A DNA stretch of 64,000 nt from Obrimoposthia wandeli (Eukaryota). Positions within the stretch are counted from its first letter, which is position 1. Each line of letters starts with the position of its first letter. Positions 1 through 13,320 of this stretch are shown one piece after another. Under the pieces are notes generated by a model that worked only from the letters and a program-made list of their open reading frames with translations, was not told the DNA's origin and did not search any database. The DNA lies in NCBI GenBank assembly GCA_977020255.1, contig CDROCS010003256.1, positions 62,001 through 126,000 of the forward strand, read 5' to 3'. Made by a program: the position numbers and the translations under genes.

Positions 1-329
1 CATTTTAATGACATACATAAATGAAGATGCTGTAGATAATTGATAGCAATAAATATTTCAATTTAAAATACTTGAATATATTTATATAATGATTGACAGA
101 TAAGGCTTATTGAGCATATATGTGAGAGTTCTAGATCACTACCCAACCCCATTTATCCGATGAGTAACACATCAATCAATTTCACATATAACAATGATAT
201 TTATATATGTGTGATTTTGATCAATAATTACATAATTGTAGTGGTATCACTGATATCCGTCTTTAATTGCAATTTTAATGAAGCAATGATTAAAACTCAT
301 AATAATATAATAATTATTTTTACGCATAC

Positions 330-2100
330 ATTCTTCTAAAATATCTGACCTCACGTCAAAACATTTCCTACTCTTAGATCAAACCCGTCCTCCTGTTTTA
401 TCAACCTAATTTCATTCGGGAGATGGCCAAAAGTTCAACTTTAAGTCTCCTCTTTATTTATCATGCTTCCAATCCCTATACTTCTAGCAGACACAATTTT
501 GCTACCGGCCCTTCTTGTTTTAGAGTTCGACAATTGTCCACAAATCTGGTTACTCGAATCAGTTTTTACAACTTGAGAAAGTATAACTTTTAAAACAATC
601 CGTCGTTCCCTTTAAACCCACCTCCACAATCCTTCCGTATACACATATCTTTCTTGATTAAGCTCTTTACGTGATTGCACCTTATTTATTGGTTTCTTGG
701 ACCATGTCTCTTCATCTGCTTTTAAAAATTCCGGCCCTTCACCACTTCTTGAATTCACTAATTCATCGACATTCATCCGCCTGGATAGCAGATCCACTGG
801 GTTCTCTATTGTGAGACATATCACCATTGAATGGATGTCGTGATTCTCTGGATATTTGCCACTCTGTTTGCAACAAACGTTTTTAAAACACGATTATGCT
901 GTTGGATCGAACTCAACGTAGTCATGCTATCACCCCAGAACGTTATTTCTTTTAAGTCGATTTCTAGCGCGTCTGCCAATTTTCTTCCTAATGTTAACCC
1001 CACATAAGCTGCCATTAACTCTAATCTCGGTAGACATATTGTAGATTTTTTACCACTTTTCCTTTCAATATTTCTAATGTACTACGAACATACTCTCCCT
1101 GTTCACAAGCATACATCATTGCTCCATGTTTTTATCGGAACATCTCCAAAAATATGATAATCCATTTGTTGTCACTTCATTTATTTCCTCTACTTTCCAT
1201 TCATTCGCTTGCTCGTTCGTCTTAAGCACAGTTTTCATCAATTATTCGATGTTACTCAGCCATTTTCGCTCGCCCTTCCCTGCTTCGACCCACGCTTCGA
1301 CCCACGCTTCTGTTAACTCTTTCTTCAACCTTAATTCTTGTTCGAGCATTGCGACTGAATCAATGCTGTCATCCTTATATGTGGAATATAAGATTGTCTC
1401 CGCGGCTCCCAGAAACACTAATCGACTGAACTCCAATTGTCATGCCTTACCATCTACCCACACAAAAATCTAAGATACGGATGATTTTCTTTTTCTGTCT
1501 GTATCTGCAAATACATATATTTTATATCACATGTCAGTGATACTGCATTTCTCTGGAATCACGTCAAAATTGTCCCTAAATGCCCCTTGAGCTTTGGGCC
1601 GCATTCAATAGCATCATTTAAGATCATTCCATCCACTTTCGCAGCGGCGTCAAACACGATTATCACTTTCGGCGTCGTCTTGTCTCTCCGTATAACTGGG
1701 AAATGTAGTAGTAACCATTTTGCTTCTGATTCACCCTTTTTTCTACCACACGAACATATTCCATTCTTAGCGACCGTTGATTATCTTGCTGTACCCCACC
1801 TTTAACTCTGGATCCCGTGACATTCTGCAAAATTTGTCCTTATAAAATTGAACTGCCAATTTCCCCGCTCTGTAGAAACCTTCCCAATGCAGGTCCAACC
1901 CAATAGTGTCAATCAAACTACCGAATCTGCATCTCTCCCAACCACTTCTCTCTACACTCGGTGTGCTCTAATGTAGTCATATCCAATCATAATGTTGACC
2001 TTCCGCAATATTCGGATATTTTCTCGGAACGTCAGATATTGCAGATGTGATCATTGCTTCGCTATCTTCTTCCATTAACATACTCCTAGGTTTCCGGTCA
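330..2100 (-). mobile_element. Degenerate BEL/Pao LTR-retrotransposon pol fragment (RT, RNase H)
   Basis: Minus-strand translations give Pao motifs: LLHFPVIRRDKTTPKVIIVFDAAAK (~1630-1730), VSLTCDIKYMYLQI (~1500-1545), YKDD in place of YVDD (ORF 1242-1436), WGDSMTTLSSIQQHNRVLKTFVANRVANIQ (ORF 821-1015), GPEFLKADEETW (ORF 612-827). Many stops and frameshifts. Confidence 0.9.
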
Positions 2101-2469
2101 CATTCTTGACAGCTAATTTTGATGCATCTTTCTGTGCTTCTGATATTAAATTGGACCTCTGTCGCCATGATCTCATGTTTCCTACATCCTATTACTCATA
2201 CTGGTATCTTCCGTTTAAGCCTATCAATATTCATATGTTTTGCTATCCAGTCGTTTATGAAGGCAGCTATGCTGGCGTCATACATTTATATATACTTCAT
2301 TCTACCTGCCTCCTATATAACATATACTGTCAGCAATATCATTACTTTCTTAGCCTGTTCGACGACAATTGGAGAATTGAAGCTAAAATTAGTTAAATAC
2401 CTCCAGATTGTTGAAAAAATATTCTACGTTTATCCAAGTTAGATTTGGTATTTATTAAATGAGAAAAAA

Positions 2470-3360
2470 TGTCTTTTATACTTTTTCAAAGATTTCGCTT
2501 TTTCGTCAAACTTTAAGTTCACTAGAAACAATTTTTACCAGTTCTTTAACCAAATCATCAGTTACATATGGTGGAAAGGATTTTCAAAATCTCATTCTGC
2601 GATTGTTAGGGGACTTTAAAAATACAGTAATATAATAATTGTATTTTCTTTGAAACAAAAATTCGGAAATCAATATTTTAACTTTTCCCTCTCCCATGGA
2701 AAAACAATTTTTTTTAGATTTATCGATTTAATATATTAGTTTATATACAGTATGACCATATGAATTAAACAAACCTTTAGAAACTCCTAATACAATCTTG
2801 CATAAAATCAATAAATAAATAACCTGCAAGTTTTCTTGTAGCATCATGAAATGAATAAGCACGAAAGCGTTTATTATGAGAATAAGCGTTTATTATGAGA
2901 ATAAGCCTGTCTAGCACAAAATCAATACAGTTTGATCGGGGGGATTTTAAAATAATTCCAATTATTGTGCATTGATATTACGCGTTCTAAGGGATCCTCC
3001 TTGATGAAATAAATTTTATGTAATAATTAGCACAGTAACTTATCTATGGCGAGCGATTTTGTAAAAAAATATATTAAAATTAGCTTTCTTATTAGCTTTC
3101 TGATACAAATCATCTACTATAATTACAACATCCTTTTTCAATCTATTTGACCAATTTTGATCAAATCCATCAATGACATTTTTTTTATTTACAAAACGCC
3201 TGTTGACTTTAACCTGCTTCTCCACCACCATCTTAATGCTAATAAATATTTTTTAAATATTGCTTTAAAAGTTTACTACTTAATAATTTACAAAAAAAGT
3301 GCTTTCCTACTACCGGAAGGTCCTACTATTTGGTAAACTGCACTATTTTTCCAAAGCATA
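2470..3360 (-). pseudogene. Old Maverick relic: packaging ATPase plus downstream small basic protein
   Basis: Walker A remnant AVYQIVGPSGSRK (~3305-3345); ORF 3040-3231 aligns to the ATPase at 25062 (IDGFDQNW..VVIIVDDLYQ..KIARHR); FNSYGHTVYK at ~2740-2775; SFPPYVTDDLVKELVKIV at ~2520-2580 matches ORF 25889-26218. Confidence 0.85.
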
Positions 3361-4479
3361 ATAAGAAAAATAGTATTTATGTTTTCTTTCATATTAATCA
3401 CTATTAAATTATTCTTTTAAGATGAATATCGATCTATATATTTATTCAGAATACGGCATAATTTGAAAAAAAATCGATGATTTATATATTAAATTAAAAT
3501 TTAAAGAAAACGTATACGAGATTAATCATACAAATATATTAAAACTATTGATTAGCAGACTATACTTTCCAGATTAGACTGATTTGGGCTTCTTCATTCT
3601 TTTCAAATCCTTTATTGATATTTTAACTAGCCATTCTTGTTCTTCAAAGTTTATCTTCTTTCCAAGACGGTTGAAGAAGTCTTCCCACTTTATAAACAAA
3701 AGGGTTTCTCTACTACATACTTACTGTTTATTCTTTTCAACATTTTGTTCAAGTCATCTACAATTGATATTGCAAAATCAAAAAGTATGTAATTGAATTT
3801 GGCTGTACTTATAGATAGGGGTAGTGAAAAAGTGAATATTCAACTGCTTCTCAATATATTAATATTTTATTTAAAACATTGAAATAATTTTTTATATTTA
3901 ATTTCGAAAAAAAATGAAATGAATTACCCTACATTAGCTTTATATATATTTTTCTTCAACCAATCATATAAAATCTTCAATATATTTTATTAATGATTTT
4001 ACTTCATGTTTGTAGTTTAATGATTTGATACCTAAAATTTTATACATCTGGTAAAACACTTTCTTTGTAATTTATATTAGCAATCATATTCTAACAAAAC
4101 GTATTCTAAACAAGTTCTTACATATATATAAAAATTATAAAAGTTATTTTGAGATTTATCTAATATATGATTGGATTTGAATGTTTTACAATTTTTATTT
4201 TGTTTAATATAAATTCTATGAGAAACAATTTCTATGAGAAAATAAGTTTTTATATGTACCTTATTAATTACTAATATATTAGCCATTTTGAAAATTAATC
4301 TTTTTTGTTGTATTCTTTAAAGAATTATTCAATCCTATTTTTTACAATTACTTTAATAAATAAAATATTTCATATTAAACAAAATCAAAACAATGAAAAA
4401 TTATATTTGGTTTATTTTGATTATCAAACATAATCATGTCCATATAGTTATGATCAAGGCCACCCACTTTAAGTTTCTC

Positions 4480-5365
4480 TAATTGTTTATTGTTTGGTCG
4501 TCCATAAACCCAAATGAGACATGGATTATAGTAATCATAATCCTCTGTAAGTAATAATAATATAGTTGAAGTATAAAATAATTTATCAATTCAAATTTTA
4601 TAAATTCATTTGCGAAATTTTCGTATGTTGATTCTTCACTGCTTTCCATGAATGCCTTCTGCTGAGCCAATAAAGGAACGTATTCTCCATTTAGCTCAAT
4701 TTGAAAATTGTTTTTAAAAATGGTGAATTATCTCCTTCGACCCTTTCTTTGCCCGATATAAAAAATTTAAATCTTTCTCTATATTCCTGTATCCATTAAC
4801 ATCATATTCTTGGCTTCTAAATAATTTGTTGAGTTAATTAATTATCTCATCTTCCAATGGACCTGGTTTATATTCCAATATCCAAAGACCAAAATTCACT
4901 TGATTGGACATTGACATAACTTTTTCAGACACTTGGAGCTTATCTAGAAACTGGTTGGTTACATCATCCTCATTTGATATTACAATTGTATCTATGCTGG
5001 AAATTTGAGGTCCATATATAATTTCATATACTTATTTATCCATGCAAATGGTGTCATACTTTTGTCATATTTTTTTCGCTCTTCTTTAATTTCAAAAAGT
5101 TTGAAATTCTTCTTGTTGAGTAACTGTTGAGTTATTATGATAATGAAAATTTCTGAAAATAAATAGTTTAAAAACAACGTTATGTATTATAGTAATGATC
5201 CAGTAAGTGAAATTTGTCATGTTATTGGTATCTGATCATGATGGGGTGATTGGTATCAATGTGATCAATAACCCTTACATCAATATCATTGTTATATGTG
5301 AAACTGATGATATGTTCCTCATCGGGCGAGGGTGATGGCGGTAGTGGCAAAGAACCCTCATATCT
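4480..5365 (-). pseudogene. Degraded ORF of unknown family; its 5' part has a homologue at ~118-235 on the + strand
   Basis: Interrupted reading frames (ORFs 4479-4670 and 4992-5177; YEGSLPLPPSPSPDEEHIISFTYNNDI at ~5270-5362). Reverse complement of ~5250-5362 resembles 118-235 (ccgatgag..tttcacatataacaatgatatt). Confidence 0.35.
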
Positions 5366-5408
5366 TTCTACTTTATTGTCACATGTAAAATTTCAACAAA
5401 AAATTCAG

Positions 5409-8400
5409 ATATTCCATAGAAATTTTTGCTCTTGGAATCTACGGGCGAAATTTAAGTTTTCTTATAGTGGGAAGTGAAAAAATATTGGCACTGAAGACGA
5501 AAATCCAAGAACAAACCGGATTGCTTCCAGATGAACAGGAATTGATGTTTCAAGGACAAATACTGGAGGATGAGAAAACGGCGGAGGATTATCAAATTGT
5601 GGATAAATCTGAGATAAATGTTGTGAGGTGAGTTTGAATGCGATGTAACATATCATATTCATTTTTAGAGTTCCTATTCAAATTTTTGCTCTTGGAATCT
5701 ACGGGCGAAATTTACCATTTCTTATAGTGAGAAATGAGAAAATATCGGCACTGAAGACGAAAATCCAAGAACAAACTGGATTGCCTCAAGATGAACAGGA
5801 ATTACTGTTTCTAGGACAAATACTGGAGGATGAGAAAATGATGGAGGATTACCAAATTGGAAATAAATCTGAGATAAAAGTTGAAAAGAGACTGAAGTGA
5901 GTTTGAGACAGTTTTAGTCATTTAATATCTGTCAATATTCAAACAAAATCTGCTTTTATGTGTGTTTAGAATTATTTACAGTTAGGAACAGACAATGATA
6001 AAAAGCGTGTTTACATTTAGAGAATGGAGAACATCAAAATAAATTTACTTTTTTTATTATAATTTCTCTCTTTCTACTTTGCATAACAGTATTTTTTAGA
6101 TTAAAAAACCTCTTCGTCTTGCGCATCACCACTCGTTGCTTTCGCCTTGGTGGGATAGTAGTAGCCTGTCTCAGCTCTCCTCAGCATAGAAAAACATGAA
6201 TAAAATTAAAAGATATATTAAAAATATTTCTCAATAACGGGAGAAGGAAGATTCTTCTGTTTGGTAATCGACACCTCTCCAGATGTGAGCAGACTGGTAT
6301 TAGATTTCCTCGAACAATTCGTCTTGTACACCACAACCCTCTGCTTCCACCATATTCGTTCAACTTCACACTCATCGAGTCATTTATAGCTGCATAAGCT
6401 AAGAATCGTAGGGAACTGCTCGAAATCGATCTTGATGGAATTCAAGTATCCTTTGTGCTTTACCTTCGAATTTCAGTTCGCCACCTTGACCTCTATATCA
6501 TCCACTGCGAGTAAACTGATTTTTTCACTCCACACACATGTACAGTTTTAGAGGACATTGGTATCCCGGGGGTGCATTAGACTGAACACATCCACCTACT
6601 CAGCAAGATGACGCCATATAAAATCTATGTTGGTTTGAAGAATATTAATGTTCTGGACTGGCCTGGTAATTCCCTAGAATCAAATATAATCAAATGTCAG
6701 GATAATATTAAACTCGTTGCATATAGAAAGAGAAACCAAAATATAATAATGTTAAAGAGTTGAAATCTGAGATTAGAGATGAATTGCAATATTTAGATAA
6801 AGAATATTTTCATAATCTTGTAAGAATCTTTTTATGAAAGGCTTTACCGTTTAAGATGAAAAATGTTAATGGAATCTTTTTTTGTTGATGTGGTGGTTTT
6901 AAAATGTTGTATTACTTTCAGGGTGACGATATTATATATTAGATGATTATTTCTAAACAAAAGATTTAAACCCAAAATAATCGAGACATTTTATTGAGGA
7001 TTAATTTATACAAAGATTTGTTTTAAAATGCACAAGCCACTGCGATAAAATAAGATTTTTAGTGGTTTAAAGATACTGTAAAAAACTATATATATTCCTA
7101 CTCGTAATTAGAACTATTTAGCCATATTTTTGGATGTATAAATGCACGTAAATTTATTTGTCTTTATAAAGAGTAAAACTATTTTTTGATATTTAATTAA
7201 GATTGGAATACTATTTTCTCTGTTTTTAAATGCATTGTAATCTAAATAGTATTTAATTTATGTTAAAGCTTTTCTACGAGAGTATTCTATAAAGATTAAC
7301 ATTAGGGAATGAGGTTAAGTGAATAATTTTTGATTTTATATTTATATTTGCAGGTTGATAATCAAGATTGTAGGACAAGACGCACCCGTGGAGATCTATG
7401 GTGATCCAAAGAGGCGTGCGGGAGATCTGAAGACGATGCTGGATCAGGCTGAAGTCGCGGAACAGAGATTGTACTTCAAAAGAAAACTGATGGACGACGA
7501 ATTGGCCTTGGGGCATTACAAAATGAAGTCTGGAGACACCATTGAGATGTTTAGAATGTGAGTGAGACACATCGTGAGAGGTCATATAAATGGTCTCATT
7601 CGTGTCCATACATTAATATCGTAGCTGCAGAAATTTAGAAAATGATCTTAATTGAAAACATAGATGAAAATGAGTTTAATCATTTCCGCCATAAACCAGG
7701 GCCTATCAGTTATTTAATGCAATAAATATTCCCCAGACACTAATATTAATGGTAGTCAGTATAAATAATTATATTGTGAATTAATAAATAAATAAATGTA
7801 ATTAAAAAATGATTTTACATAAGAATAGAAATAAAATTTAAACAATCAACTAACAAATAATTTTGTGAAAATAATTCCTAATTCGATAATGAATAAATAT
7901 CCAATAGAAATAAGAAGTAAAACATGAAATAATGTATATATTTGACGACAATATTTATTCTTCATATTGTTTCAAGTCTTAAAATTGTTTATTGACATTC
8001 AGTTACAGTTACATTTTCAAATAATAAAAGTGCATACTCTGTCTGAGACTGTTCCATGTACGTTCAGATATTTTGGAAAACTGTTCTCAAACATTTGAAG
8101 TCGTGAATAAAAAGTCAACGTTGATATAATAGTACCTCAGAATGTTTTTGTCGTTTAGTTATTCATTCTATAAATTCATTTTGCATTAAATATGTTTAAA
8201 TTATCAAGTTATTTAATTAATTGCAAAACCAATTTTTTAGCTTAACAATTTAGTCTTCGAAACGGAAAGAAAACATTTTTGGATTAAGTCAACTATATTT
8301 AAAGAGATTCATCATGTTTTAGTAGATATTTATCAATATGGACTGCTTATACGTGGGATTGAAAATAGTTTAGTCAAAGATGAATATTTATTCATCATCC

Positions 8401-9990
8401 GTTCAGGATATTTGGAGTTGAGATAGCAACTCAGGCAGCAGAGTGTCCTCATATGGTTCGTGGTTGTCCTCTTCCTCCTCATCATTCCCTTTCTTATCGT
8501 TGTCATTATCTTCCCAGACCATTCCATCTTCTGTTATGTTCAATGCCAAGACATTTGTATCATATTTATTAACGACCATTCCCAACTGATCTGGTCAACC
8601 TGCAGTTTTATTCTATTAATACAGTCTTCGATTCTTCACACAATTTTCTGCATGATTTGGGAATTATAAGAAAAAATAAATCTTTGTAAATTTTAGAAAT
8701 TTTAGAAATTGAATATTTTTGGTCTACGGTAGAGCTGTTCAGTGAAACACAAGTTTGATTTATAACTGCTGTTTAATTATTATTGATACTGCGTTGATTT
8801 AAAATGTAAGTCTAAATTAAATAACGAAGTTGTTTTATAGTATGTTTTTAATCGATGCTGACTTTCATTGGGTGCGAGGACGTTTCGGACTGGCCTTTTT
8901 AAAAGTCGGACGTTTCGAACTTTTAAGAATTTTTATCATTTACTTTTAAGATTTATAAAATATTTTGTGTCAATTAAGTTTAGTTGAAAATTGTGTTCGT
9001 TCTACAAGGTTTTTCAGGTAAATTTAAAATATTTCAGTTTTATATAATTTAGTTTAGTTGAAGTTTGTCCATTTTCCCAAATTTAAAAATAGAAACATTT
9101 GTTGATTCGTATTCATTCGTAGTAGATTCATCTGCAAAGCTGAATTCACTTTCATCTTTTTTATTTACATTTCGTTCCCAAATGATTCGCTTTCCTACTT
9201 TTCATTTCTCAAAAAATATAATATTTCTGTTTATTTTTTGTAATCTTGTTTGAGGCTAAATATTTAAATAAAAATAGCAAATTACAAATTTATTAACGAA
9301 ACAGTTATTTAATTCACAAAGAAAACTCGGTCTACTGGTCAAATGACCCAAATGAATGATATAAGTAAAAATAGTTGTATATTAATTAAATGTAAAATAA
9401 TTAAATAGAATAGAGTGAATATAAAAAAATAATACCAATTTAATCCTATTTTGATCATATTTTAGGATTATGCAATAGAATAATAAAGTAATGTGTAATA
9501 TTATGTAAGTTACCGGTCAATTTTATATTATTTTGAGAATTTTGACTTTACAAAAATTACGCATTTTCCGATGTGTAATTCAAACTGTTACTTTTGATTG
9601 TTTATAAATTTTGTACGTTTCCACATTTCTTGGTGCTTAGTTGCACGACTGGCTAATTTTTTCCGTTGCCTAAATCTTTGACTATATCTGAAAACAGATA
9701 AATATATGCTACATCTATATGTGTATAACCTTTGTTACAAGCTTCGTTCATGTGTGCAGGAGCTCTATGAAGGTGCGGGTTCAAGATGGGCTAGTTTTGT
9801 GGCTGTCATCGAGGTCAACAAGAACAAGTCTGTCTCAGATATGAAGCGCTTAATCTAGCGCAAATTAGATTTGGCACCAAACAGACTCAGCTTGGATTAT
9901 AATGGGAAAGAGCTGATCGATGATCACAGTGTGAGGAGCTGTGGAATACAAAATATGGAATATGTGGCGATTTTTAGAGAAGCTTCATAG
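5409..9990 (+). pseudogene. Poly-ubiquitin-like gene, left paralogue; UBL exons 5409-5627, 5669-5896, 7354-7557, 9760-9990
   Basis: Each exon encodes one ubiquitin-fold domain (e.g. IQIFALGIYGRNLPFLIVRNEKISALKTKIQEQTGLPQDEQELLFLGQILEDEKMMEDYQI) with AG acceptors and phase-2 GTGAG donors; 41-nt intron 5628-5668. Last exon has a 1-nt frameshift and an in-frame TAG relative to its paralogue at 52918. First exon not identified. Confidence 0.8.
6105..6600 (-). mobile_element. Diverged Maverick terminal relic (TIR end plus fragment of the terminal spliced gene), inside an intron of the UBL gene
   Basis: 6520-6600 ends ggtgcattagactgaacacatccacctact, matching the TIR end at 38452; minus-strand KTNCSRKSNTSLLTSGEVSITKQKNLPSPVIE matches the repeat module KTRRLRKAKSCLLNSSEVTIERQENLPSKIIE of 36363-36539. 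Confidence 0.75.
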
Positions 9991-10599
9991 AACAATTATG
10001 ACAGTGATTTTTAGTTTAGTTTTTTTATACTTTGAAGAACTAAAATATATTTTAATTAGTTATGGCTGGGAGATCTATAGGTATGTGTAGACACAGTTTA
10101 AACAACGGAAATCATTAAATCTTATGAGGGTGCCCGGAGTCTAAATATCATGCAAATAAAGAATCTTTAATAAAATTTCAAAAATGCGTTAAATTTTTAT
10201 GTTAATTTTAAATGAGATTATACAAAATTAATTTGAAAACTAAGTTTATCTGTAATCAAACTCAGCTACTAAGTCAGGGTCAGAGGAAATTATCGATGAT
10301 GTTTGTTTAAAAATCCTATGATATGTTGGGCCTTAATGGGTTGAGGCAAAAACAGAGAATTCAAATAAAATGAATTAATGAACAAAATAATCTTTTCCCT
10401 TATACATTTTAATACTTGTGATATCTTAAAAATGGATGAACAAAGTTCGGTTCGCCATTTTATTTATCTGAGAGTAGTTAATACTGAAACAAACTCCCAT
10501 ACAATTTATTTGCAATTTGTTGTGTTGATTGGAAAGTAATTAAATATAAGTTAGATAAATTATTTTTTAACATAAATTTCACATAATCCAATACTTATT

Positions 10600-12135
10600 A
10601 AATCTACCTAATGTTCTAAGCCAGCCGGATTCATATTTTTTACCAACAAAATATGGTAATTCTCCACCTTGTTGGCTTTGACTAAAAGCTTCAATTATTG
10701 CCGTTTCACTATCAACTTCTTAAAGGGCATAGCAAATTTATTTTTTATACTTGTTCTCTATTTGTTTATAAACAGTTAATCCCTTAGAATTAAACGTGTC
10801 TGTTAAAACACGTAAATCATCTGGCCAAGCTTGAGTAAAGTCAATAAATATATACCCATGTGCTTGTTTAGCAGCATCATAGAATGAATCAACTAAAAAG
10901 TTCTTATTTTGGGGAAATGCCTGTCTGGCTACGAAATCTACAACTGTTTGATCTCTAGGATTTTTAAATAAAACTAAGTAATGCACATTAAGATTTTTTG
11001 TTCTATGATAATCACTTTGATGAAAAAGATTTTTAGTGATAAATATAACTGTTACTTCACGATGTATTGGACTCTTTGTAAATCAATTATTAAAGTCTGA
11101 TTCCTTGTTAGCCAATTATTATTACATCTTCTTTTTTCAATCTTTCGCACTAATACGCATCAAATACTTCAATAAGTTTAATTTCCTTCAACTTGCAAAC
11201 TTCTGTTTGGGGTAATCCACTTTCCCCTCCTCCACCAAGATGCCAATAAATATTTTTGAAACTAATCGTTTTGTAACCATTTACATACGAAATGTGTCTT
11301 TCCACTTCCACTGGGATCAACTATTTGAAATACAGCATTATTATTTAACTCCATTACGTATACTTTTTCATATTAATATTGTTTATATTCTCATAAAAGT
11401 TTCCTTATTGAAATGTGTAATGTCAGAGGTATTGTAGATGAAATACAAAAATTATTTAATGAATATTTGGCTATAATTTTATTTATTTGTGTTCGATTTC
11501 TAAATTCTCGAATAACATGTGATCTAACCAATATTTCAATGTTATCTCTTGTTATATCATTATTTTTTAATTCTGATAAAATTTGTTTACCCTTAATTTT
11601 TCCAGAAAATATTTCGTCGACAAGACGATCCACTTCATTGTCAGTATTTATAGTAATATTCATTTGAAACAATAAGTTTAAACGGGTTTGTTTATAGAAA
11701 AAATATAATAAGATATTTTTCTAAAATCAAATCAACTATGTCTGGATAATCAAAATTTTTTAATCCCAATATCATAACTTTACCACTAAAAAAATATATT
11801 TACACATAGCGATTTAAACTTCAAATATTTGAGAGCAGGAAAATTTTCCGGTTCAAACATGCATTCTTTTTTCATTTTCTCTTTAATTTTATAAAGATTT
11901 ATTGCTTTCCGAGATTAGCTGAAATTGTGATTGGTTGTATTGCGCTGATTCGAATTCCAAATGGTTAATTGAACTCATCCAAAGGTATTTTGCATTCCAT
12001 AACACGATAACTTTTTAAAAGAATTCAATATGAAAATAAAATAAAAATCTAACCAGAGAGAAAAATAACAACGGTGAAATGGTCAAACTTGTTCACATAT
12101 TGTCTCGGCTTCGATTTGTTGGGGTTTCTATATGA
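10600..12135 (-). mobile_element. Maverick relic D: core-protein start, ATPase pseudogene (~10738-11350), 93-aa ORF (11391-11672), TBP-like pseudogene (~11700-12135)
   Basis: High by-eye nucleotide similarity and identical gene order to 17580-19700 and 24270-25710; ORF 10738-10986 is nearly identical to the ATPase C-terminus. Confidence 0.92.
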
Positions 12136-12324
12136 AACCTTTCAGATTTAGATCCTCTGATGGAGGGCCCTAACGTGAGTTCTATATAAGCAGGACTTGT
12201 AGTTGTTTGTGGCCTACTTAAGTTATGCTTGCCTATCTCAATTTCTATCTGAAGGTTTATTATGTCTAGGTGTTGCGAAATGTGTGAAGAGCTGTGTATA
12301 CGGTTACTGCAAAATTCCCTTAGT

Positions 12325-12390
12325 GTAGTGTTGTATATGGAGTAGGTGACACCTACTTGCTTGCAAGGGTTCTGTTCAATACAACACTAC
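12325..12390. repeat. Nested palindrome: AGTAGGTG-A-CACCTACT (12341-12357) inside a 12-bp inverted repeat (12325-12336 / 12379-12390)
   Basis: Directly visible; the inner arms equal the terminal 8 bp of the Maverick TIR. Confidence 0.9.
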
Positions 12391-12542
12391 CTAATGTAGG
12401 AAATCTTTATTTCTAAGACACACGAAATTACGTTCTAACACGTTCTAAAAACAACAAGACTAATCCTAGTTACTTTTCACAAAGTCTCTACACAAGTGGG
12501 GATGATCCACGTATCGATTTTAATTGAGGGTCGTTTGTTTAC

Positions 12543-12755
12543 TAGAGTCTTTACTCTAAAAATATAAGCAATTTATGATTGTAGATTTTATAGAGCTGGT
12601 TGCTCTAAAAATATGGGCAATTTAAAGTTGTAGATTTTATAGAGCTGGTTGCTCTAAAAATATGGGCAATTTAAAGTTGTAGATTCTATAGAGCTGGTTG
12701 CTCTAAAAATATGGGTTGATTTTAGAGAGCTGGTTGCTCTAAAAATATGGGCAAA
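12543..12755. repeat. 49-bp tandem array with a dyad TAGAGC-N5-GCTCTA in each unit
   Basis: Units start at 12582, 12631 and 12680, plus a shortened fourth unit and a diverged first unit. Confidence 0.9.
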
Positions 12756-12769
12756 TTATCAATATAGGA

Positions 12770-13085
12770 CACTTCACTTTTACTTCAATATCTACTTCAA
12801 TATCTACTTCAATATCCACCCTTACTTCAATATCTATTTCAAAATATTAATATTGAGGAAACTTCACTTTTATACTTCAAAATATTAATATAGGAGGAAA
12901 CTTCAAATTTATACTTCAAAATATTAATATAGGAGGAAACTTCAAATTTATACTTCAATATCTACTTCAATATATTAATATAGGAGGAAACTTCAAATTT
13001 ATACTTCAAATTATTAATATAGGAGGAAACTTTACTTTTATACTTCAATATCTACTTCAATATCTACTTCAATATCTACTTTTCG
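12770..13085. repeat. Minisatellite of 12-bp (tacttcaatatc) and ~38-bp (ggaggaaacttcaaatttatacttcaa...) units
   Basis: Directly visible tandem copies. Confidence 0.9.
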
Positions 13086-13216
13086 CACCTCACCAAATAT
13101 CTGAAACGTCGCCGAGTATTCCTTACTCGTGGATTGCTGGTGTCAGTCCTCTAGGTTGACAGATTAGACTGTCACGTCTCTTGGCTCACGTAGCGGTTTA
13201 GGTTGTACTGCTCCTG

Positions 13217-13320
13217 AGTAGGTGGATGTGTTCGGTCTAATCCACACCCCCCTCACCACCCTGTCCTTTAAAACCGTGTATGTGTGTGGAGTGAAATTTT
13301 CTACATCCTCCCCCCACCCA
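13217..13320 (+). repeat. Maverick terminal inverted repeat (copy A)
   Basis: Reverse complement of 38345-38452; AG terminus as in Polintons. Confidence 0.92.

Noticed and set aside
2106-2442. ORFs 2106-2396 and 2119-2442 as a TBP-like or membrane gene
   Set aside because: Only a short FKP-like resemblance; no TBP motifs in register.
12543-12755. CRISPR array
   Set aside because: The sequence between dyads is repeated rather than unique, there are no cas genes, and the context is eukaryotic.
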